Made by a program: the position numbers and the translations under genes. DNA of 31,363 nucleotides. Origin: a virus. A model generated the notes under the pieces. The model was not told the DNA's origin. It did not search any database and worked only from the letters and a program-made list of their open reading frames with translations. Shown here in pieces: positions 13,972 to 24,578 of this stretch; the stretch's first letter is position 1, and every line of letters starts with the position of its first letter. The stretch lies in the IMG/VR virus record IMGVR_UViG_3300016667_000055, positions 1 to 31,363 of that record; one strand, 5' to 3'.

Positions 13972-16307
13972 TGAGAAAAGTACATATATACATAGCACGT
14001 GAAGCGATTGATTACGACTGCGTAAATGTTTACTTTATTATTGATGGAGTTAAGTATAATTATGCGTGCCAAAAAAATGGAACTTTCGGAGGTAAAGACC
14101 AATTTAGTTATACGGATGCTAGTTGGGATATTCAAATTAAATATTACACTACGGAATGGCGAATAGAAATTTACGATATAGCAGCGTCCGAACCTCATAT
14201 ATATTATAATACTCAAGATACTGATTTGCCAGTTTACAAAAAAGGCTGGACGTTTAAAACAGGAATAGAAAATTATGAGATTGATTACGTTTGGAGCGAT
14301 TACTGTTATACTGAAGTTTACAACAGGTTAGAATTATTTGACGATGAGAAAATAAACGTAACACTAACCGTTCAAAATTTACAGGATATTTCAAAAACGT
14401 TCACTGATTTTAGCCAAAGTTTTACAGTACCTGCAAGCGTAAACAATAATCAAATATTTGAACACTTTTACCAAAACGATATTGACGGAACTATCGACCC
14501 TAACCTAAGGAGAAAGGCTTTTATAGAATTGGATTTCATGCCATTTAGAAAAGGTTTAATTTCTTTGGAAAAGGCGAATATAAAAAATGGAAAAGTAGAT
14601 AATTATTCAATTAGTTTTTATGGGCAGTTAGTAAACCTAAAAGATATATTTGGCGAAGACAAGCTAAATCAATTAGACCTTTCGAGTTTACAATTTGTAT
14701 TTAATGGAACTAATGTTTATAATAGAATTACTGACCTTGCAACTGATTTTGATGTTAGATACCCTTTAATAGCTCATGATAGGCTGTGGACGTACAACGA
14801 TAGCGGAAGCGAGGATATTACTCAGAATGCTCATGCAATTGCATATAACGAATTATTTCCTGCGGTTAAAGTAGCACGTTTATTTGAAGCTATTGAATCG
14901 CGTTACGGATTAGATTTTCAAGGTAGTTTTTTTAGCGATGACAGATTTACAGAATTGTTTTTACTAGCAAAGAATGCCACTACTTATTCATTTTTAACTG
15001 AGTTAAACGATATTGATTTTAGAAGTGAAGCAGCAGCAATTACAGGTTTAAATCCTTACGACCCAGGAGAGTATGTTAATTTAGCAAATAATTCAATTAC
15101 GTTTAGAGAATTAAACGATGCTAATTTGCACACTATACAAATGCAAGTTGCCACAATTAGTGGTCCAGGTACTTATTACATAGAATCGTATTGTAATGGA
15201 ATTTATGAGCAAACATTTGAAAACACGGGAACAGGTTATCCATTAAAAATACAGATAGCAAATTTTACAGGTGCTGACAGAGTTTATACATTTAAGATAA
15301 AGGCAAATGCTCCTATGACTATGACTGTAGTTTTTACTTATTCAATAAGAACTACAATAGATGACCCAATTACAGGAATACCAACAACTAATACAAACAC
15401 TTCAGTAATTCAATGCAATTCAGTTGTATTAAGTGGAAATGTAGATATAACAAACACTTTGCCTGATATGAAAGTGGCGGATTTCTTTTCTGGAATCTTA
15501 AAACAATTTAACATGACGTGTGTAGGAATAGACCAAAACACGTTTGAAATATTACCTTTAGACATTTGGTATAACAACGGAATAACATACGATATAACAA
15601 ACTATGTAGATATTGAAAGCGTTGACGTTGCAAGAATGCCAATTTACAAAAAGATAGCTTTTAACTATGAACAATCTGAAAGTTTTGTAAATAGAAATTA
15701 CTTTGCGATTAGTAATTCAGAATACGGAAATACGGAAAACAATTTTAGTTACGATGGCGGCGAGTTTGTAGTTCAAGCACCTTTTGAAAACTTACAATTT
15801 GCACGTGCTGAAGATAACGATACTCCAGTTCATTATGCAATTTTAGGATATAACCTAGACAAAAACTACCAAGCATACATTCCAAAACCTACATTACTTT
15901 ATTTGTACGGAACTTCAGGAACTTTAACGCATCCTATTAAATTTTACAACGGAACTACTCATGTTAATATTTCTAGTTATGCTTTATTCGGACAAGATTT
16001 AACAGTTAATACAGTGAAGTATTCTTTGAATTGGGGTGCTGATAATTCTGTAATACACGGAGAAACAATTCAAGACGGTTTATTCGCAACTTATTATTTT
16101 AACTACCTATCAAATTTATATAATTTAAAACAACGATTAGTAAGTGTTAAGGCACAATTACCAGTTAGCTTAGTAACTTACCTTAAATTAAACGATAGGT
16201 TGATTATACGCGATAAAAGATATATAATAAACGATTTAAAATTAGAGTTAACAACAGGCGAAGCTCAAATAAGTATGTACAGTGATTTTATAGAAGTAAC
16301 GGAATGA
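13971..16307 (+). CDS. Large tail-tip or baseplate structural protein
   Basis: 778 aa, with a 1-nt overlap (TGATG) with the upstream gene. No catalytic motif recognised. Confidence 0.5.
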   Translation: MRKVHIYIAREAIDYDCVNVYFIIDGVKYNYACQKNGTFGGKDQFSYTDASWDIQIKYYTTEWRIEIYDIAASEPHIYYNTQDTDLPVYKKGWTFKTGIENYEIDYVWSDYCYTEVYNRLELFDDEKINVTLTVQNLQDISKTFTDFSQSFTVPASVNNNQIFEHFYQNDIDGTIDPNLRRKAFIELDFMPFRKGLISLEKANIKNGKVDNYSISFYGQLVNLKDIFGEDKLNQLDLSSLQFVFNGTNVYNRITDLATDFDVRYPLIAHDRLWTYNDSGSEDITQNAHAIAYNELFPAVKVARLFEAIESRYGLDFQGSFFSDDRFTELFLLAKNATTYSFLTELNDIDFRSEAAAITGLNPYDPGEYVNLANNSITFRELNDANLHTIQMQVATISGPGTYYIESYCNGIYEQTFENTGTGYPLKIQIANFTGADRVYTFKIKANAPMTMTVVFTYSIRTTIDDPITGIPTTNTNTSVIQCNSVVLSGNVDITNTLPDMKVADFFSGILKQFNMTCVGIDQNTFEILPLDIWYNNGITYDITNYVDIESVDVARMPIYKKIAFNYEQSESFVNRNYFAISNSEYGNTENNFSYDGGEFVVQAPFENLQFARAEDNDTPVHYAILGYNLDKNYQAYIPKPTLLYLYGTSGTLTHPIKFYNGTTHVNISSYALFGQDLTVNTVKYSLNWGADNSVIHGETIQDGLFATYYFNYLSNLYNLKQRLVSVKAQLPVSLVTYLKLNDRLIIRDKRYIINDLKLELTTGEAQISMYSDFIEVTE

Positions 16308-16474
16308 TAAAGAATATAATTGAAATGTTGAAGCTAGATAGCTTTAGTGGTGTTTCTGAAAATATAGAAATAGCAAAGGGAAAATACGACTTAAAGACGG
16401 ATGTAAAAGGAATCTGGAACCAAGCAATGCGCGAATTTAAACTAAAAAGAAATGGCAGAAAAAAGGGTAATTGA
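16304..16474 (+). CDS. Small hypothetical protein (56 aa), hand-found
   Basis: ATGA overlap with the upstream stop. It overlaps the next gene by 23 nt. Confidence 0.35.
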   Translation: MIKNIIEMLKLDSFSGVSENIEIAKGKYDLKTDVKGIWNQAMREFKLKRNGRKKGN

Positions 16475-18563
16475 ACTAGAAATTCAAGACAACAGCAAAA
16501 ACTTAAAATCACAATTAAGGGAAGCGCAAGCTGAAGTATCTAGGTTAGCTGAAAAGTACGGTGCTACAAGTAGAGAAGCTATTGCAGCTGCTAAACGTGC
16601 ATCTGAATTAAAAGATGCTATTGCAGATGCTAAAGACTTAACAGATGCATTCAACCCTGACGCTAAATTTAATGCAGCATCTAAAGCAATAGGTGGTGTG
16701 TTAAATGGTTTTCAAGCATACGAGGGAGCGCTAGGTTTGATTGGTGTAGAAAGTGAAGAGCTACAAAAAACCATGCTTAAAGTTCAAAGTGCTATGGCTT
16801 TAACGCAAGGTATTCAAGGTGTTTTTGAGGCTAAAGATAGTTTTATTCAGTTAGGTGCTGTTATAAAAGATGTTGCTATAAAGCTTGGAATTTTAACTGT
16901 TATCGAAGAGGAAAATGTAGTCGCAACAGAAGCTCAAGCAGTTGCAAATGAATCAGTAGCAGTAAGTTTTGATAAAGCAGGTAAATCAGGAAAAACAGCA
17001 TTAAATGGAATTAAAGGCGCATTAGTAGCAACTGGAATAGGTTTACTAGTAGTTGCGCTTGGTTCTATTGTTCAATATTGGGATGATATTAAAAATGCAA
17101 TTAATGGAGTTAGTGATGAACAAGCAAAACTAAACAAACTTTCACATGATAAATTTGAGGTATCAAAAGCTGAACTTTCGAATTTAGATGCACAAGATAA
17201 TATTTTAAAATTACAAGGGAAAAGTGAACGTGAAATATTAAACTTAAAAATAGCAAAAGTTAATACAGCTATTGAGTTAGGTAAAATCGAACTTGAAAAT
17301 GTTATTCGCACAAATAAAGCTGAAGAAAAAGCAGCTATTAAGAATTACAACCTTACAAAAAAGGTAGTTGACTTAATAGTAAATTCAGCTTTGTTCTTAC
17401 CTAAGTTAATGATGATGCCTATTGACTTAGCTATTAAGGGTGCTAATAAAATATCTGAAGCTTTAGGTATGGGTAAACTAGTTGCATTCGATATGGGTAA
17501 AACTATTGAAGATATGCAAGATAAGTTTAGTGGGTTTATTGCAGGTTCGTTATTTAATGTTGAAGAAACAAAAGCTGAAGGTAAAAAAGAAGAAGAAGAA
17601 CTTCGTAAACAATTACGCGATTTAGAAAACCAAAAAGCAGGGTTTCAACTTTCTATTAAAGAAATGAACAAACAAGGTTCAAACGATGCAATCGAAAACA
17701 AAAAGGCGGAATTAGATGCATTAATTGAACTTGAAATAAGAAAGGCAAACACGGATAAAGAAGTATTAGAAAAATTACTTGATGACCGTTTAAAATTAGA
17801 AGAACTAAAAGGTGCACAATTATTAGTTGCTCAACAAGATAATGCTGAAAAAGTACGCAAAGCTATCGAAGAAGATAACAGCGAAATATTTAAACTAGAA
17901 ACAAAGAAACTTGAAAAACTTAAGATATTAGGTGATTCACGTTTACAAACATTACAAGGCGGTTTAGATGCTGAATATGAAGCTAAAAAAGCAGCTGCGG
18001 AAAAAGAACAATTAATTTTAGAAGTACAAGCAACAAGGGCAAGACAAGCAGAAGAAAAAGCGCAGTCATTCAAAGTAAACGCAGTTAAACAAGGGTTAGA
18101 AACTATTGCTAGTATTACGGAATTATTTGGTAAGAAATCCGAAAAGGCAGCACGTAAAGCTTTTCAAGTTCAGAAAGCTGCACAAATAGCAACAGCATTA
18201 ATTACAACGTATCAAAATGCAACGAGTGCCTATGCTTCGCAGTTCCTACCTATTCCAGACCCAAGTTCACCAGTTCGAGGTGGTATTGCAGCAGGTATAG
18301 CAGTTGCAGCAGGTTTAACTAACGTTGCAAAAATAGCTTCTCAAAAATTTGAGGGCGGTGGTTCAATGGGTGGCAGTTCAGCACCAAGTGGTGGTGGTGG
18401 TGGCGGTGAAATGAAAGCGCCTAACTTTAGCGTAATCGGAAGTTCTGGAGTTAATCAATTAGCGCAATTACAACAAAAACCAACGAGGGCGTATGTAGTT
18501 AGTGGAGACGTGGCAAACGGATTAAGCCTCGAAAGAAATAGGTTACAAAATGCAAGTTTATAA
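16452..18563 (+). CDS. Tape measure-like protein
   Basis: 703 aa. Long Ala/Lys/Glu coiled coils, an internal hydrophobic segment ALVATGIGLLVVALGSIV, and a Gly-rich C-terminal tract GGGSMGGSSAPSGGGGGG. Confidence 0.55.
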   Translation: MAEKRVIELEIQDNSKNLKSQLREAQAEVSRLAEKYGATSREAIAAAKRASELKDAIADAKDLTDAFNPDAKFNAASKAIGGVLNGFQAYEGALGLIGVESEELQKTMLKVQSAMALTQGIQGVFEAKDSFIQLGAVIKDVAIKLGILTVIEEENVVATEAQAVANESVAVSFDKAGKSGKTALNGIKGALVATGIGLLVVALGSIVQYWDDIKNAINGVSDEQAKLNKLSHDKFEVSKAELSNLDAQDNILKLQGKSEREILNLKIAKVNTAIELGKIELENVIRTNKAEEKAAIKNYNLTKKVVDLIVNSALFLPKLMMMPIDLAIKGANKISEALGMGKLVAFDMGKTIEDMQDKFSGFIAGSLFNVEETKAEGKKEEEELRKQLRDLENQKAGFQLSIKEMNKQGSNDAIENKKAELDALIELEIRKANTDKEVLEKLLDDRLKLEELKGAQLLVAQQDNAEKVRKAIEEDNSEIFKLETKKLEKLKILGDSRLQTLQGGLDAEYEAKKAAAEKEQLILEVQATRARQAEEKAQSFKVNAVKQGLETIASITELFGKKSEKAARKAFQVQKAAQIATALITTYQNATSAYASQFLPIPDPSSPVRGGIAAGIAVAAGLTNVAKIASQKFEGGGSMGGSSAPSGGGGGGEMKAPNFSVIGSSGVNQLAQLQQKPTRAYVVSGDVANGLSLERNRLQNASL

Positions 18564-18575
18564 CGTTTAGAAAAC

Positions 18576-19157
18576 ATGGAAAAGAAAATAATCGAGCTAA
18601 TTATAGATGAGAATGATTTACAAACTGGAATTCATGCAGTATCGGTAGTTCATTCACCTGCAATAGAGGAAAATTTTATTGCGTTATCAAAACACGAAGT
18701 AGAACTAAAAGAAGTTGACGCAGAGAAAAAGATTTTAATGGGTGCCGCTTTAGTTCCTAACAAACAGATTTTACGTGCTGACAAAGACGGAAAAGGATAT
18801 TACATATATTTCAGTGAGGACACTATCAAAAAGGCATCAGAGTTGTTCTTAATGCGCTCAAATCAAAACAATGCTACCTATGAACACAAAGAAAAATTAA
18901 ACGGTATGTCAGTTGTTGAAAGTTGGGTAATTGATAACCCCGAAATGGATAAATCTAAAGAATACGGATTTAGCTTACCTAAAGGAACTTGGATGATTTC
19001 AATGAAAGTAAACAACGAGGATATTTGGAAAGACGTAAAACTAGGTAAGGTTAAAGGCTTTTCAATCGAAGGTTATTTTGCTGATAAATACGAAATGAGC
19101 CAAGAGAAAAACGAACGCGAAGAAATAATTAATAAATTAAAAGATTTGCTTAAATAA
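18576..19157 (+). CDS. XkdF-like putative prohead serine protease
   Basis: ILMGAALVPNKQI...YEHKEKLNGMSVVESWV...GTWMISMKV...GFSIEGYF resembles the PBSX XkdF family. Confidence 0.55.
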   Translation: MEKKIIELIIDENDLQTGIHAVSVVHSPAIEENFIALSKHEVELKEVDAEKKILMGAALVPNKQILRADKDGKGYYIYFSEDTIKKASELFLMRSNQNNATYEHKEKLNGMSVVESWVIDNPEMDKSKEYGFSLPKGTWMISMKVNNEDIWKDVKLGKVKGFSIEGYFADKYEMSQEKNEREEIINKLKDLLK

Positions 19158-19348
19158 TGGCTAATAAGATTCCATATTATATAAGGAGAATTGAAAAAGC
19201 AACGGTTGAAAACACGGATGTATTCATACTAGACAATAATAGCGTAACAGCTCAAAGTATAACATACGATAATTTATTAATTCAACTTCAAGAACAAATA
19301 CAAGTCCCAACAGATTTTAAACCTTTATTTTTATTGCAAGGATGTTAG
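19157..19348 (+). CDS. Hypothetical protein
   Basis: ORF track. Confidence 0.45.
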   Translation: MANKIPYYIRRIEKATVENTDVFILDNNSVTAQSITYDNLLIQLQEQIQVPTDFKPLFLLQGC

Positions 19349-19647
19349 GAAACGCGAGAATAAAACCAAGTGCGACAACACTTACAACACTATATACAGC
19401 TTCAGCGGATTGCGTGATTAGTTCTATTTCTATTTGTAACTTAGGAGCAACAGCAACTACTTTTAGAATGGCAATAAGACCTTTAGGAGCAGAAATAAAT
19501 GATGCTCATTATTTGTATTATGATTTACCAATAGACGGTAACGATACGTTTATTTTAACTGGTGGTGTTGTACTCAAAAACACGGATGTAGTTTCTGTAT
19601 ATTCAGGAAATGCAAACTTATCTTATAACATATTTTATACGACATAA
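19342..19647 (+). CDS. Hypothetical structural protein
   Basis: ORF track; coupled to the fibre gene by an ATAATG junction. Confidence 0.45.
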   Translation: MLGNARIKPSATTLTTLYTASADCVISSISICNLGATATTFRMAIRPLGAEINDAHYLYYDLPIDGNDTFILTGGVVLKNTDVVSVYSGNANLSYNIFYTT

Positions 19648-21056
19648 TGGCTCAGAATAGCGCAAAAGGAAGTTCATATATAACACCAAGTTTAGATAAC
19701 CTAACCGATGTTACTATTGCAAGTGCAACTACTAACCAAGTATTAACTTATAACGGTTCTCAATGGGTTAATTCAGCTACGCAAGGCGATATGTTAAAAT
19801 CTGTTTATGATTCAGATAACGACGGTGTTGTAGATAGCGCAGCAAAAGAAGTTTTACTTGTAAGAAACAATACAGGTTCAACTATTCCAAAAGGTTCAGC
19901 TGTTTATGTTAACGGAGCGACAGGGCAACTACCTACTATCGCACTTGCCGACGCAGACACGGAAGCTACAAGCTCAAAAACAATAGGTTTAACTTTAACG
20001 TCAATCAGTAATAATTCAAACGCATATATTATTATATCTGGATTATTCGAAAACGTAGATACAAGTGCTTTTACAGACGGTGTTACATTGTGGTTAAGTT
20101 CAACAGCTGGTCAAATGGTTGCGACTACACCACCTGCAAAACCTGCTAATTCTGTATTTATTGGTTATGTAGCTCACGCTCACCCAACAACTGGAAAAAT
20201 AGTAGTTGCGATTCAAAACGGATATGAATTAGATGAACTACATAATATAAGTATTACTTCACCTTTGAATAACGATGTATTAACTTATAATTCAACAAGT
20301 GGACTTTGGGAAAACGTTCCAAGTGGCGGTTTAATGCCACCTGTCACAGCACATGAAACATTTAGGGGAGTAACATATTCAAACAATTCAACAACAGATA
20401 CAACTTCGGGTGGTGTAACGCTAGGTACAACAGCATCAACGATAGCGCGTTCCGTAGCTTCAACAAACTTTGCTACTAAACAAATTCGAAAAGGTTATTA
20501 TGGTTCGGTAGTTTCAGCTGGTCGTTATACAGGGGTTCGAGGTTCAACATTACTTTGGTATTTAGGTGGTGGGTTTCGATATGTTTGTGAAGTTTATATT
20601 TCAGATACTGCATACGGAAGTGGTTGTAGGCAGTTTTACGGAATGATAGGACAAACAACGGATTTAACTTATTCGGATTCTGTAACGGTTGCGTCAATGC
20701 TTAATGTAATTGGAGTAGGTTCAGATGCTGCGGATACTAATTTGCAAGTATTCCATAATGATGGTTCAGGAACTTGTACAAAAATAGACTTAGGAGTTAA
20801 TTTTCCTGCAAATAGAACGGCAGGAGCAGCGTTAACTACAACTTATTCAATAGAACTTTATAACGGTAACGCATCAAGTCAAATAATTTACAAGGTAACA
20901 AATAACGAAACTGGAAGTGTTGCTGATGGAACGTTAACAACGAATTTACCTTTAGATACGCAAGGGTTAAATTTTTGTGCGTCGCGTTGTATGGGAGTAG
21001 GAATTACAAATACAGGGCAGTTTGATTTATCATTATTAGGGGTTTATAGTTTATAA
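19647..21056 (+). CDS. Tail fibre / receptor-binding protein
   Basis: Repeated L-D-x-L-x-[DN]-[VI] ... VLTYN...W motif near aa 16 and aa 195. Ser/Thr/Gly-rich beta-type sequence. Confidence 0.5.
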   Translation: MAQNSAKGSSYITPSLDNLTDVTIASATTNQVLTYNGSQWVNSATQGDMLKSVYDSDNDGVVDSAAKEVLLVRNNTGSTIPKGSAVYVNGATGQLPTIALADADTEATSSKTIGLTLTSISNNSNAYIIISGLFENVDTSAFTDGVTLWLSSTAGQMVATTPPAKPANSVFIGYVAHAHPTTGKIVVAIQNGYELDELHNISITSPLNNDVLTYNSTSGLWENVPSGGLMPPVTAHETFRGVTYSNNSTTDTTSGGVTLGTTASTIARSVASTNFATKQIRKGYYGSVVSAGRYTGVRGSTLLWYLGGGFRYVCEVYISDTAYGSGCRQFYGMIGQTTDLTYSDSVTVASMLNVIGVGSDAADTNLQVFHNDGSGTCTKIDLGVNFPANRTAGAALTTTYSIELYNGNASSQIIYKVTNNETGSVADGTLTTNLPLDTQGLNFCASRCMGVGITNTGQFDLSLLGVYSL

Positions 21057-21057
21057 A

Positions 21058-21297
21058 ATGGAATTTATATTAGAATGCATACAAGAACAATTAGACTTTG
21101 AGCAATCAAATTTAATTCTTCGACCTTTAGAATTAGAAATAAGAAACTATGTAGGTAGTTGTAAAATAGTCAACACTATTGATATAACGCCTACAGTAAT
21201 AAATGATTTTATAACGGAACAAAGACCGTTATTATTTTGGGTTTTTCAATCTATGGAAAATATCCCTATTGAAATACGTAACAAATATAATTTATAA
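21058..21297 (+). CDS. Hypothetical protein
   Basis: ORF track. Confidence 0.45.
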   Translation: MEFILECIQEQLDFEQSNLILRPLELEIRNYVGSCKIVNTIDITPTVINDFITEQRPLLFWVFQSMENIPIEIRNKYNL

Positions 21298-21299
21298 CT

Positions 21300-21491
21300 A
21301 TGGCGAATAAAGTACTAAGTCCCAAAGGTGGGCGTAGGGGTTGTCTATGTAAAGACGGAACTTACTCAAAGAAATGTTGTGACGGAACACTAGAAGCACA
21401 AGGAATCGGTAAAACAGCTGGTACAGGAACAGATAACGTAACAGTGACAGAAAACGACGGTGTAAGAACAATAGTGCGTCAGAACTCATAA
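21300..21491 (+). CDS. Small Cys-rich protein
   Basis: GCLCKDGTYSKKCCDG motif. Confidence 0.45.
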   Translation: MANKVLSPKGGRRGCLCKDGTYSKKCCDGTLEAQGIGKTAGTGTDNVTVTENDGVRTIVRQNS

Positions 21492-21529
21492 AAAAGGTAA
21501 CACGTAAAAATTTAAAACGTTTAAAAGAC

Positions 21530-21910
21530 ATGAACACAAGAAAAACAGTTTACAATAAGTTATTTACTGAAAAGACGGAGTTAGCAAAACACGAAGTTGA
21601 GTTAGGTGCTGCACAGGATTTAGAAAAAGAATTAGTTAATATAGTTAATTTACAAAACCCAATAGCACAAAATATAGATAGACTTACAAATTTAGATGCT
21701 TCATTAAAAGCAGAAAAAAAATTAGCTAATGATAATTTAAATAAATTAAATTCATCTTATTCAAGTGCAGTTGCTTTACACGATAAACTTAAAAAAATGC
21801 AAAATGAATTAGGTGTTAATTTACCAATAGTTGAAACTGCATTTAATAGATTAAAAGGTGCTGAAAGTGATTTTAACGATTTAAAAACTTTATTAAATCA
21901 AATTAAATAA
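21530..21910 (+). CDS. Coiled-coil hypothetical protein
   Basis: ORF track. Confidence 0.5.
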   Translation: MNTRKTVYNKLFTEKTELAKHEVELGAAQDLEKELVNIVNLQNPIAQNIDRLTNLDASLKAEKKLANDNLNKLNSSYSSAVALHDKLKKMQNELGVNLPIVETAFNRLKGAESDFNDLKTLLNQIK

Positions 21911-21918
21911 AAACAAAA

Positions 21919-22509
21919 ATGAATACAAATCAAATATTAAACAAAGTTCGTGTTTTACTTGGATTGGAAGTAAAATTAGAACAAATGAAGTTAGCGGATG
22001 GTGTAACAGTTTTAGAAGCTGAAGCATTCGAGCCTGAAATGGAAGTTTTCGTAGTTACGGAAGACAACCAAAAGATACCAGTTCCTGTTGGTGAATACGA
22101 ACTAGAAGACGGACGTATCTTAGTAGTTGAGGTTGAGGGTATCGTTAAAGAAGTTAAAGAAGCACCAAGCGAAGAAGAAGTAGCACCTATGGAACAAGAA
22201 GCGCCTGAAGTTCCTGTTGAAGCAAAAGAAGTTACAACACCAACTCCAAAGAAAACTATCGAAAGCGTAGTTAAAGAATCTTTCTTTTCAGAAATCGAAG
22301 CATTGAAAAAAGAAAACGAAACATTGAAAGCTGAACTTTCTGCATTGAAAACACCAGTTGTCGAGGAAAACACGGTAACTGAATTAAGCGAAGAGCCGAA
22401 ACCTATTTCTTTTAATCCAGAGAATACAAACCCAGTTGAAACTATTAAATACGCTACAAAAAGAGAGCGTTCAATAATGGATTCAGTATTGGAAAAATTA
22501 AACAAGTAA
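21919..22509 (+). CDS. Scaffolding-like protein
   Basis: Acidic, Glu/Pro/Val-rich with a coiled-coil C-terminus. It lies immediately upstream of the capsid gene. Confidence 0.5.
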   Translation: MNTNQILNKVRVLLGLEVKLEQMKLADGVTVLEAEAFEPEMEVFVVTEDNQKIPVPVGEYELEDGRILVVEVEGIVKEVKEAPSEEEVAPMEQEAPEVPVEAKEVTTPTPKKTIESVVKESFFSEIEALKKENETLKAELSALKTPVVEENTVTELSEEPKPISFNPENTNPVETIKYATKRERSIMDSVLEKLNK

Positions 22510-22528
22510 TCAATAAAAATTAAATAAA

Positions 22529-23500
22529 ATGAGTTTACACAAAACAAATCTTGCCACTACAACGAGCATAACTACTTCCTATGCTGGAGAATTTGCAGGT
22601 AAGTACATTGCTGCAGCTTTATTGTCTGCACCAACTTTAGAAAAAGGCGGAATTACTATCATGCCTAATGTTAAGTACAAACAAGTAATCAAAAGAGTAG
22701 CTACAGACGGAATCGTTAAAAATGCTACTTGCGACTTCGACCCTACGTCAACAATTACTTTAACTGAAAGAGTACTTGCTCCTGAGTCTTTCCAAGTTAA
22801 TTTACAACTTTGTAAATCAGATTTTCGTTCAGATTGGGATGCTATCCAAATGGGTTACAGTGCATTCGACGTTTTGCCCAAATCTTTCGCTGACTTCTTA
22901 ATCGCACACGCTGCTGAAAAAGTTGCTCAACAAATGGAGCAAGTTATTTGGGACGGTAACAACGCAAGTGCTGGTGAATTCGCTGGAATCATGAGACAGT
23001 TAACTACAGATGCTGCTTTACCTGCTGCACAAGAAGTTGCTGGAACATCAGTTACTGCTTCAAACGTTATCGCTGAATTAGGTAAAATCGTTGATGCTTG
23101 TCCTGCTGCATTGTACGGAAAAGAAGATTTGAAAATCTATGTTTCATCAAACATTTATAGAGCTTATGTTCGTGCTTTAGGTGGATTCGCTGCTTCAGGT
23201 GTAGGTGCAAATGGTTACGACAACAAAGGAACTAATCAATCATTGAATGATTTGTACTTTGACGGTGTTAAAATTTTCTTAGCTCCTGGTCTTGCTTCAA
23301 ATACTGCATTACTTGCTCAAACTTCAAACTTGTTCTTTGCGACAGGATTAATGAATGACCTAAATGAGTGCAAAGTTTTGGACATGAGTGATTTGGACGG
23401 AAGTCAAAATTGCCGCGTAATCATGCGATTTACTGCAGACGCTAAATACGGATTTGCGTCTGACTTAGTTACTTACGGAATTACAAACTCTGCTAACTAA
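22529..23500 (+). CDS. Major capsid protein
   Basis: 323 aa. It follows the scaffold, has Ala/Gly-rich codon usage distinct from its neighbours, and is followed by a strong terminator. The pattern FQVNLQLCKSDFRSDWD...VIWDGN is capsid-like. Confidence 0.7.
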   Translation: MSLHKTNLATTTSITTSYAGEFAGKYIAAALLSAPTLEKGGITIMPNVKYKQVIKRVATDGIVKNATCDFDPTSTITLTERVLAPESFQVNLQLCKSDFRSDWDAIQMGYSAFDVLPKSFADFLIAHAAEKVAQQMEQVIWDGNNASAGEFAGIMRQLTTDAALPAAQEVAGTSVTASNVIAELGKIVDACPAALYGKEDLKIYVSSNIYRAYVRALGGFAASGVGANGYDNKGTNQSLNDLYFDGVKIFLAPGLASNTALLAQTSNLFFATGLMNDLNECKVLDMSDLDGSQNCRVIMRFTADAKYGFASDLVTYGITNSAN

Positions 23501-23519
23501 TCATAAATTAAAGGTTTAA

Positions 23520-23551
23520 GGGTGGTGCAATAAACACCGCCCTTTTTTTTT
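23520..23551 (+). terminator. Intrinsic terminator
   Basis: GGGTGGTG/CACCGCCC stem (one G-U pair) plus a T9 run. Confidence 0.75.
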
Positions 23552-23575
23552 ACAAATAATATAAAAATATAAGAT

Positions 23576-24154
23576 ATGAGCTGTGATATTTCTAAAGGTA
23601 GATTAGAAGCGTGTAAATCGGGAGTTTCTGGATTAGATGCAATCTATATTATTAACTATGGGGATTACAACCCAGATTCAGCTGCTTTAGGTGGCGATGT
23701 AACATATTCCGCAACTGCAGGACTAGAAGACGTAATTACAGAAATTGCAAACGTAGCAACTGTATATAAATACGAATTGAAAGGTGCAAACTCTTTTGAG
23801 CAAACTATTCAATCAAGCCGTGATAACGGAACTACTTTTTTTGAGCAAACGTTGACAGTACAACTTAAAAAACAAGATGCATATACGCATAAAACAGTTA
23901 AGTTATTAGCTTACGGACGCCCTCACATTATTGTAAGAACACGCGGTAACGATTTCTTTATTGCAGGTCTACAAAGAGGTTGTGATGTAACTGCTGGAAC
24001 TGTTTCTTCAGGAACTGCAATGGGTGACTTCAACGGATATTCTTTGACGTTTACAGGTATGGAAAATGTACCTGCCAATTTCTTGAATTGTACCTCTGAA
24101 GATGGTTTATTGACAACTATTTTAAATGGTGCTGTATTGGGTGCGAATGCATAG
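23576..24154 (+). CDS. Major tail (tube)-like protein
   Basis: 192 aa, bracketed by two terminators next to the capsid gene. The call is weak and based on position and composition. Confidence 0.45.
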   Translation: MSCDISKGRLEACKSGVSGLDAIYIINYGDYNPDSAALGGDVTYSATAGLEDVITEIANVATVYKYELKGANSFEQTIQSSRDNGTTFFEQTLTVQLKKQDAYTHKTVKLLAYGRPHIIVRTRGNDFFIAGLQRGCDVTAGTVSSGTAMGDFNGYSLTFTGMENVPANFLNCTSEDGLLTTILNGAVLGANA

Positions 24155-24180
24155 GTTTCTTTGTTTCTCAATAATTAGAA

Positions 24181-24206
24181 CCCTGCCTTAATCGGTGGGG
24201 TTTTTT
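24181..24206 (+). terminator. Intrinsic terminator
   Basis: CCCTGCC/GGTGGGG stem (two G-U pairs) plus a T6 run. Confidence 0.6.
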
Positions 24207-24245
24207 CATTTAGAAACACAAACACGGATTGAACGTTTAATTAAT

Positions 24246-24578
24246 ATGAACGTATTAACTACTTCACTAGAACCTCAGAATTTAAACATAGTACCTCGTT
24301 CGGTAACTTTTGATGAATTGATATTTACAGACGATAGTACAAACACACCTGAAACTATCACTATTAATTCAGTAACTGATAAAGGGTATTATCAACAAAT
24401 CGAAATTGAATGCGCATTAATAGAAAATCATTACTATAATGTAGAATTGTTTAATAATGGCGATTTAGTGTTTAGAGGTAAGGTTTTTTGTACTGACCAA
24501 CCTGTGGTTAGTTTCTCGGTTAATAACGGACAATATACAAGCCATTCAACGGCAAATGAATTTATAGTTTATGAATAA
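24246..24578 (+). CDS. Hypothetical structural protein (110 aa)
   Basis: ATG 24246 is preferred. The track's GTG start at 24195 lies inside the terminator hairpin. Confidence 0.5.
   Translation: MNVLTTSLEPQNLNIVPRSVTFDELIFTDDSTNTPETITINSVTDKGYYQQIEIECALIENHYYNVELFNNGDLVFRGKVFCTDQPVVSFSVNNGQYTSHSTANEFIVYE

Noticed and set aside
19647-21056. A diversity-generating retroelement or other hypervariation system acting on the fibre genes
   Set aside because: There is no reverse transcriptase ORF, and I noticed no template/variable repeat pair anywhere in the genome.
21930-22547. A 205-aa minus-strand ORF, the longest antisense ORF
   Set aside because: It is the exact antisense of the acidic scaffold-like gene. 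Its Ser/Thr/Phe-rich low-complexity product is the mirror of GAA/GAG/AAA-rich codons. I treat it as an artefact.
4655-24248. Track start codons 4655 (ATG), 11049 (GTG) and 24195 (GTG), and 11570 (TTG) as an independent start
   Set aside because: Downstream ATGs at 4703, 11106 and 24246 remove long overlaps or avoid starting inside a terminator hairpin. 11570 is better explained as the -1 frame entered by frameshifting.
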